Assembly: GCA_046583315.1 (NCBI GenBank)
Contig: JAYGCN010000346.1
Coordinates: forward strand, 1 to 10,829
DNA length: 10,829 bases
Direction: 5' to 3'
Origin: Candidatus Hydrogenedentota bacterium
GTDB taxonomy: Bacteria > Hydrogenedentota > Hydrogenedentia > Hydrogenedentales > GCA-2746185
A model generated the notes under the pieces. It saw only the letters and a program-made list of their open reading frames with translations, made no database searches and was not told the origin of the DNA. The position numbers were made by a program, and so were the translations under genes. Below, one piece after another: positions 6,401 through 10,829 of the stretch (its first letter is position 1; each line of letters opens with the position of its first letter).

Positions 6401-8471
6401 TGGCTCTTCCGGAAATATTGATGCTGCTCCAGAATTCCAGGAAAAGGTTGTTGGAACCTGGACTAGCCTACCGATCGAAGACGAAGTAGAAATAACAACC
6501 ACGTTTATTGATTCAGATTCGAATTTCACGCCTGATGAACATGTTGGAAAGTTACTCATCTTTGATCGAGGATATGTTCATCGTGGAATAATCTTGAGTA
6601 ACACCGAGACGAGTGTTACCGTAGATGGTCTTTCTGGCAAGGCCGTTTCCAAAGGCGACGAGGAATACGAAATCGTCGACTACCACCTAACGGAATACTC
6701 CTCCGCAATCGATGCCGGGTTGGACGACGGTGCGCCCGATCACGATCTGGATGGCATACTGAGGCCTCAGGGCAATCATGTTGACATCGGCGCGTACGAG
6801 TTCACAGGCGGGGACAATGACGGTGACGGAATTGGGAATTATTATGAAGTGAATTGGTATGGCACGGACCCGAATAATGCGGACACCGACGGGGACGGGT
6901 TGAGTGATTGGGATGAGATCTTCAGTTTCGCGACGAATCCGCTTTCGGGCGACTCCGATGACGATGGGCAGAATGATTTTGATGAGGTGCACGTTCACTT
7001 TACGAATCCGCTCGAGACGGATACCGACGGCGACGGTTTCGGAGATTTCGAAGAGATTTACTTATTCGGGACGGACCCGAATAACGCGCTGGACTTTCCC
7101 AAGGCGGTGTATGTGAAACCTTCTGCGACGGGTGCTGGCAATGGGGCGAGTTGGGCGAATGCGACGGGTTCCATTCAGTCGGCGATTGATTCGGTCGGTG
7201 CGGGTGTCGCGATTTGGGTGGCGCGCGGCGTGTACAACGAGACGATTACGCTGAAGTCGGGCGTGAAGATTTACGGCGGCTTCGCGGGTGGAGAATTCGA
7301 GTTGGAACATCGTCGGCCAAGCGAAAATTCAACAGTCATCGACGCCTCGGGGCTCAACACGTCGGCCGTGTTGATGTACGGCACGACGAACGCCGTGCTG
7401 GACGGCTTCACCATCACAGGAGGCAACAATTTTCACGGCGGTGGCGTCTATGTGCGCAATGCGAACGCGTCAAACCGGATCGTGAACTGCCTCATCACCG
7501 GAAATACGACGACCTATCACGGCGGCGGGTTGAGCATAATCGATTCGGCTCCCTATCTCATCAATTGCGTCATCGCGAACAACCACGCGGGCCAAAATGG
7601 CGGCGCGATCTATCTTAACGAAGGAAACCCGGTCCTGGCGAATTGCACGGTGAGCGGCAACACCTCGGGCAGTATCGGCGGCGGACTTTTCGTGCATGCC
7701 TCGAATCCGGTGTTAACGAATAGCATCCTGCACGGGCATGCCAAACACGCTATCTACGAGTACGATGCCGCGTCGGATGCCACGCTCGTGCGCTGCCTCT
7801 TCAACGCAAACACGGGCGGCGACTACTTTGATTACGGAAGCGGCTCGTTAAGTGGCGCAGCGGCGTTGAACGCCTTGTCCAGCGTGAGCGGCACGTTGAG
7901 CGGCGCGCCGAGTTTCGTGGATGCACCCAATGGCGACTTTCATATTCGCGCGAACTCGGTAGCGAAAAATACCGGAACATCGAACAATGTATTCGTGCCC
8001 GGTGAGGATTTCGACGGTGACGCACGACCCTTCGGCGGCGCAATCGATGTGGGTGCCGATGAATGGTCGGATCTGGATGGCGACGGCATACGCGACTACC
8101 TCGACGCCGACGACGATGGCGATGGACTCAGCGACCTCGACGAAATAAATCTCTACGGCACCGATCCACGCAACGCCGATTCCGATGGTGACGGCGTAAG
8201 CGACGGTCAAGAAATCGCCGCCGGAGCCGATCCCAACGACGACACCATCGTGCCCACCGAAGTGTGGGTCGACTTCGCGTGGAACGGCAACGAACTCGGA
8301 ACAGCCTCCGCGCCCTGCAAAAACATCACCACCGCGCTCAACGTCCTGCGCGACGGCGGCAAAATCCACATTAACGGCGCGTCCTCCACAAAAACCTCCA
8401 CCTGGACCGGAAGAATCACCACCCCCATCACCATCCATTCCAACGGCGGCACCATCACAATCGGGAATTAG
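3486..8471 (+). CDS. Large secreted/surface protein: three modules of right-handed parallel beta-helix (pectin lyase-like) + choice-of-anchor Q domain + DxDxDG (bacterial TSP3-like, Ca-binding) repeats, and a short C-terminal domain
   Basis: 1661-aa ORF; the true start may be ATG 3510 or 3534. Signal peptide LLSLLVCIVLLLLTPSAFA|AIVYVD with mature start near 3645. Three caps YV....G.G.SW..A...I..A.......WV..G.Y.E (3648, 5301, 7104). Three anchor-Q endings ..AID.G....P..D.DG..RP.G..VDIGA(F/Y/D)E (ending 5033, 6800, 8063). Eleven DxDxDG motifs in three clusters. Confidence 0.9.
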   Translation: MYVKAGLSMRANTSLLMMRFRGIIDSSRRAVFHRLLSLLVCIVLLLLTPSAFAAIVYVDIDNTSGSKNGSTWSTAYTSIQTAIDNANPGDEIWVAQGVYEEMVIPVSDLEMYGGFIGSESILAARDLSIHITEARGLSVDGTTNLTVDGFRFRRDFAYPAGIATDVFSCDASNVIQNCTFLTSISVSGSPQFHRSTFTGPNRVINLGVSPDIGPTFESCTFSSNEHWGAWNDTLLVSTDGSLTVINCLFSGGNWETSFINNDSDVLFSNCVFEHGGIRGQSGTIVIRNSIFSESSDVAIREHFGRENISLENCLFYNNLLGDYYDIEEDRYLRGPAELNALPHASGNVSGNPHFVRYDSGSWTSPSIKTSADGFYNVVNVLTDSTASFIPGSLVGKFVLPKRDYTYYLRVDTSFSVGALIIENTETTLTVASNFNFIDYNLPGSPTFVDRYPPHLESMLFVDAPRVSAGDRYEIYDLRPGQRSMAIDRGSNNGAPSLDFEGNARPFGNSVDIGAFEWGMGDSDQDGIVDSLDEDDDNDGVTDVDEIAIYGSNPNDPDTDDDGLWDGIEQAIGTSLIDSDSDGDGFTDGFEIEIGKNPRNSASKLDRLYVSVGGTGRGTSWQDAMPYIGTAMRLSSSARVPVWVSSGNYNEVVDFLSHARLYGGFRGDETRFMERDTEENIATIDSLDFSRVNVVMRDVIGATLDGFHLTGTLTGQLSSSHDRKSFGFIAFDSDSSNSVLNCRFSGELDVALAAFGSAPKINTCVFENIGNNIYGLEMGSTISDCSFRDSRAYASYAMLAYGSDLIISNCNYTGRNMGFLFFRTKATIRDSVFVPTKLSYTTWYHNFTDSEVEFENCYFSGNAGLSLFDINRVEEGHDYLSLKFCTIVDGTIRDDFNQADHPVSIINLRTDYGVAYTIDISNCLFGNIMSWLIIGNWDIVDEEFTFNNSLFSGRTEKMLGNFTSNIESFNMMPGSSGNIDAAPEFQEKVVGTWTSLPIEDEVEITTTFIDSDSNFTPDEHVGKLLIFDRGYVHRGIILSNTETSVTVDGLSGKAVSKGDEEYEIVDYHLTEYSSAIDAGLDDGAPDHDLDGILRPQGNHVDIGAYEFTGGDNDGDGIGNYYEVNWYGTDPNNADTDGDGLSDWDEIFSFATNPLSGDSDDDGQNDFDEVHVHFTNPLETDTDGDGFGDFEEIYLFGTDPNNALDFPKAVYVKPSATGAGNGASWANATGSIQSAIDSVGAGVAIWVARGVYNETITLKSGVKIYGGFAGGEFELEHRRPSENSTVIDASGLNTSAVLMYGTTNAVLDGFTITGGNNFHGGGVYVRNANASNRIVNCLITGNTTTYHGGGLSIIDSAPYLINCVIANNHAGQNGGAIYLNEGNPVLANCTVSGNTSGSIGGGLFVHASNPVLTNSILHGHAKHAIYEYDAASDATLVRCLFNANTGGDYFDYGSGSLSGAAALNALSSVSGTLSGAPSFVDAPNGDFHIRANSVAKNTGTSNNVFVPGEDFDGDARPFGGAIDVGADEWSDLDGDGIRDYLDADDDGDGLSDLDEINLYGTDPRNADSDGDGVSDGQEIAAGADPNDDTIVPTEVWVDFAWNGNELGTASAPCKNITTALNVLRDGGKIHINGASSTKTSTWTGRITTPITIHSNGGTITIGN
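5046..5285 (+). repeat. Coding DxDxDG / GTxP repeat cluster 1 (TSP3-like)
   Basis: DSDQDG, DDDNDG, DTDDDG and DSDGDG with E...G.NP spacers. Confidence 0.8.
6813..7088 (+). repeat. Coding 69-bp (23-aa) degenerate tandem repeat x4, cluster 2 (TSP3-like)
   Basis: DxDxDG motifs start at 6813, 6882, 6951 and 7020 (exact 69-bp period). Unit consensus D.DGDG..D..E.....T(D/N)P.... Confidence 0.85.
8070..8243 (+). repeat. Coding DxDxDG / GTDP repeat cluster 3 (TSP3-like)
   Basis: DLDGDG, DDDGDG and DSDGDG; colinear with cluster 1 (DGI.D.LD.DDD.DG..D.DEI..YG..P...D.D.DG). Confidence 0.8.
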
Positions 8472-8534
8472 GCAGGCTTGATGGCTCCGTGAATGAGCTG
8501 CGGATTGGCTGTTACTGTAGCAGATTAAGTGGTC

Positions 8535-8562
8535 TTGACGAATCGCAGGTATTTGGTATAGT
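8535..8562 (+). promoter_or_regulatory. Putative sigma70 promoter (extended -10) for 8617..9123
   Basis: TTGACG (8535-8540), 16 bp spacer, TATAGT (8557-8562), with TG at 8554-8555. RBS AGGAG at 8605-8609. Confidence 0.6.
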
Positions 8563-8616
8563 GTATGTGTTGCTACGGCGAAATCTACGAAACCGTCCGA
8601 AAATAGGAGCATTCAG

Positions 8617-9123
8617 ATGTCACTATTCACGCGTGTTTCCATGTCGTTGTTTGCGACAATCGTCATTACACTTGCTGCCCATGCTGATGCCAGTGAAACG
8701 ATCGAATTAGGCGAAGCCGTCCAGGAATTCAACGCGAAAGCCCAATGGAATCCTACTGGAAATGCACAACCGGAATTGACCTCTTCCGAAGTGGTTGCCG
8801 CTATTCGGGGGTGGATCGTCGAACGAACGCCCAGCGCAACGGACGAAATATACGAGCTCTACCAGGAGATCGCCGAGAGCCAAATGCTGCCCGCTGGCAC
8901 GGAATTGACCTTTACCACGGGGTGGGCCGGGTATCGAGGGTATAAATTTAGAGTGTGGTGGGTCGATCTGTCAATCAAGACGGGAGAGGAAACGGGATAC
9001 ACCTTTCGAATTCGGGATCAGAAAATTTCTTCTCACAAGATGCACGATGACGAGCGGATCTTGCTGCAAGGTGCCAGAGTTTCAGAAATACCCCGTAAAT
9101 CCGAGAAAAACGATGTCGAATGA
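8617..9123 (+). CDS. Hypothetical secreted protein
   Basis: 168-aa ORF with its own promoter and RBS, and a Sec-type signal (MSLFTRVSMSLFATIVITLAAHA). No catalytic motif recognised. Confidence 0.8.
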   Translation: MSLFTRVSMSLFATIVITLAAHADASETIELGEAVQEFNAKAQWNPTGNAQPELTSSEVVAAIRGWIVERTPSATDEIYELYQEIAESQMLPAGTELTFTTGWAGYRGYKFRVWWVDLSIKTGEETGYTFRIRDQKISSHKMHDDERILLQGARVSEIPRKSEKNDVE

Positions 9124-9170
9124 ACGAAAATGGCCCTATTTTGAGATAAGTGGTCTTATTTTTGGAAAAC

Positions 9171-9199
9171 TTGACAGTTTGATGGGGAACTTCTAGAAT
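9171..9199 (+). promoter_or_regulatory. Near-consensus sigma70 promoter for the heme/copper protein gene
   Basis: TTGACA (9171-9176), 17 bp spacer, TAGAAT (9194-9199). RBS AAGGAG at 9242-9247. Confidence 0.75.
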
Positions 9200-9253
9200 A
9201 GTTGGTGTTGAAGAGATTAACTAATCTAATTATAAACATAGAAGGAGTTAGCC

Positions 9254-10504
9254 ATGTTGGCAGGTAAGCAATTGCTGGGAGTGTCGCTGGCCGCTGTCGG
9301 GGTTATGACGGTTGGTGGTTCGGCGAGCGCTGCGGAAAAGGTCACGTTCACAAAAGACGTGTTACCGATTTTGCAGCAAAATTGTATTGAGTGTCACCGC
9401 GCGGGAGGTAACAATCTTGGCGGCATGGTAGCCCCTATGGCGTTCACTAACTATAAAGAAGCACGTCCCTGGGCCAAAGCTATGGCGAAGGCGGTTGCGA
9501 CGGGCGCGATGCCTCCTTGGGATGCTGCGGCTGAGCACACCGGCGTTTTCCTGAATGAAAGAAGCCTGAGCGATGCCGATAAAGAAACCATCGTTTCCTG
9601 GGTTGAGCAAGGTGCTGCTCGCGGTATTCCTTCCGATGCGCCAGCTCCTAGGGAATTCCCGAATGTTGACGGTTGGCAGATCGGCGAACCCGATATGATT
9701 CTTCAGATGAAAGAACCCTATTTCGTGCCGGATGATTTGCTCGACGCGACAAAGTATTTTTCTGCGAAGATTCCGGATGAAGCCATGGATGAAGATCGCT
9801 GGATCAAGGCCGTTGAATTCCGTCCTGGTAGTGAAGTCGTGCACCACATCATCGCACGTCCTTTTGGCGGCATCGCTCCGGGTAATGTTCCTTCCGTATA
9901 CCGTGATGGCTACAGCGCCAAAGCGGAAAAGGGTCAGAAATACGTCTGGAACATGCATTACCATAAAGAGCCGGGTCCCGGTACGGGCATGTGGGATCAG
10001 TCCTCGCTTGGCGTAAAGTTTTATCCCAAAGGATACGTGCCGGAGCACGTGCTCACCACGCATCCGCTCGGACCCATGGATATTTATATCCCGGCCGGTG
10101 AAGCGAACTATCAAAACGGCGCTGAGTATACCTTCTCGAAAGATACGCTCATCAACGGCATGATGCCGCACATGCACTACCGCGGTACGAAAGTGCTCTA
10201 TGAACTCTTCTATCCTGATGGTACTGAAGAAGTGCTGTTGAGTGTGCCGGAGTATGACTTTAACTGGCAGACCGTATACCGCTTTAAGGAACCCAAAGCA
10301 GTACCGGCTGGCACGAAAGTGAAACTGACCGGTTGGTGGGATAATTCAGCCGACAACGCCAGCAACCCCGATCCAAACGAAACGGTTAGCTGGGGTGAAG
10401 CCACACACGAAGAAATGCTCTTCGGCTGGATTTCATTCACCAATGCCGACGAAGATGCTGCTGGACACTCCGGCATCGTTATGCGGAATTCTTCGGACGA
10501 CTAA
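9254..10504 (+). CDS. Secreted c-type cytochrome fused to a copper type II (PHM/DBH-like) monooxygenase domain
   Basis: Signal peptide ending ASA. CxxCH (CIECH 9383-9397) with MPP candidate distal Met (9509). CuH-type ligands HH (9842-9847) and MHY His (9956). CuM-type HMH (10169-10177) and EEM Met (10415). YDFNWQ and DNS..NP motifs typical of this bacterial family. Confidence 0.85.
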   Translation: MLAGKQLLGVSLAAVGVMTVGGSASAAEKVTFTKDVLPILQQNCIECHRAGGNNLGGMVAPMAFTNYKEARPWAKAMAKAVATGAMPPWDAAAEHTGVFLNERSLSDADKETIVSWVEQGAARGIPSDAPAPREFPNVDGWQIGEPDMILQMKEPYFVPDDLLDATKYFSAKIPDEAMDEDRWIKAVEFRPGSEVVHHIIARPFGGIAPGNVPSVYRDGYSAKAEKGQKYVWNMHYHKEPGPGTGMWDQSSLGVKFYPKGYVPEHVLTTHPLGPMDIYIPAGEANYQNGAEYTFSKDTLINGMMPHMHYRGTKVLYELFYPDGTEEVLLSVPEYDFNWQTVYRFKEPKAVPAGTKVKLTGWWDNSADNASNPDPNETVSWGEATHEEMLFGWISFTNADEDAAGHSGIVMRNSSDD

Positions 10505-10527
10505 TCCGACCTAAGCAATACGAAAAC

Positions 10528-10558
10528 GGGGCGCGGTAGACCAAGTCTACCGCGCCCC
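10528..10558. terminator. Bidirectional intrinsic terminator between convergent genes
   Basis: Perfect 14-bp inverted repeat GGGGCGCGGTAGAC-CAA-GTCTACCGCGCCCC, followed by TTCTCATTT on + and GTTTT on -. Confidence 0.85.
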
Positions 10559-10587
10559 TTCTCATTTGGGTATTTGATGCAATTCGC

Positions 10588-10829
10588 TTACGTAGCTGTC
10601 ACTTCATCCACGATTTCCACAAGCCGACGTCCATACGCGGTATAGGATTCATACAATTTCGCCGGATCAGTCGTTTCGCCGGTGTGGATGACCGCCGCCA
10701 AGTGCGGCTCAATCGAGATGCCGCCCTCGTAACCGTTGCCGAGCAGGTCGCCGATGATTTCCTTCACATAGCCGTCGCCATCGCCGCACATGACGTAGAG
10801 CTCTTCGCCGCCCGGCACGTATTTCGCAT
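10588..10829 (-). CDS. 3' end (partial) of a sugar phosphate isomerase/epimerase (xylose isomerase-like TIM barrel, AP endonuclease 2 family)
   Basis: The frame is open to the window edge: ...AKYVPGGEELYVMCGDGDGYVKEIIGDLLGNGYEGGISIEPHL... The G.GD and GY.G.ISIE motifs are typical of this fold. The GTG start in the ORF track is an internal Val. Confidence 0.8.
   Translation of the reverse strand, partial: AKYVPGGEELYVMCGDGDGYVKEIIGDLLGNGYEGGISIEPHLAAVIHTGETTDPAKLYESYTAYGRRLVEIVDEVTAT

Noticed and set aside
6813..7088. Periodic repeats as a CRISPR array or DGR template/variable repeat
   Set aside because: The repeats are degenerate at codon third positions and conserved at protein level. There are no identical DNA repeats, no adenine-specific differences, and no cas or reverse transcriptase genes.
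7848..8612. 254-aa antisense ORF (and the other short overlapping ORFs in the track)
   Set aside because: Mirror of the C-ending codon bias of the large gene, with low-complexity G/V/D composition and no independent evidence.
9362..10177. 271-aa antisense ORF
   Set aside because: Lies wholly opposite a well-supported gene and has no recognisable motifs; a typical shadow ORF.

Overview
Bacterial chromosomal window. The protein families and the C-terminal domain of the large protein suggest Candidatus Hydrogenedentota or a Planctomycete-like lineage, which is an inference. Six co-oriented + strand genes, all with export signals, lie between two partial convergent genes: a Gfo/Idh/MocA oxidoreductase C-terminus (left) and a sugar-phosphate isomerase/epimerase C-terminus (right, - strand). 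In order the six encode: a membrane-anchored hypothetical protein; a Tat-exported beta-lactamase-like serine hydrolase interrupted by an in-frame TAG; a secreted Ntn amide hydrolase with a DUF3471-like tail; a ~1660-aa surface protein of three [beta-helix + choice-of-anchor Q + DxDxDG repeat] modules; a small secreted hypothetical protein bracketed by an 11-bp direct repeat; and a heme-c / PHM-type dicopper monooxygenase fusion. The most notable observations are the compositional mosaic inside the giant gene, an insert domain at one loop of its anchor-Q domains, its C-terminal domain, the amber-interrupted hydrolase and the heme-fed copper monooxygenase. No RNA genes, CRISPR arrays or mobile-element enzymes were seen.
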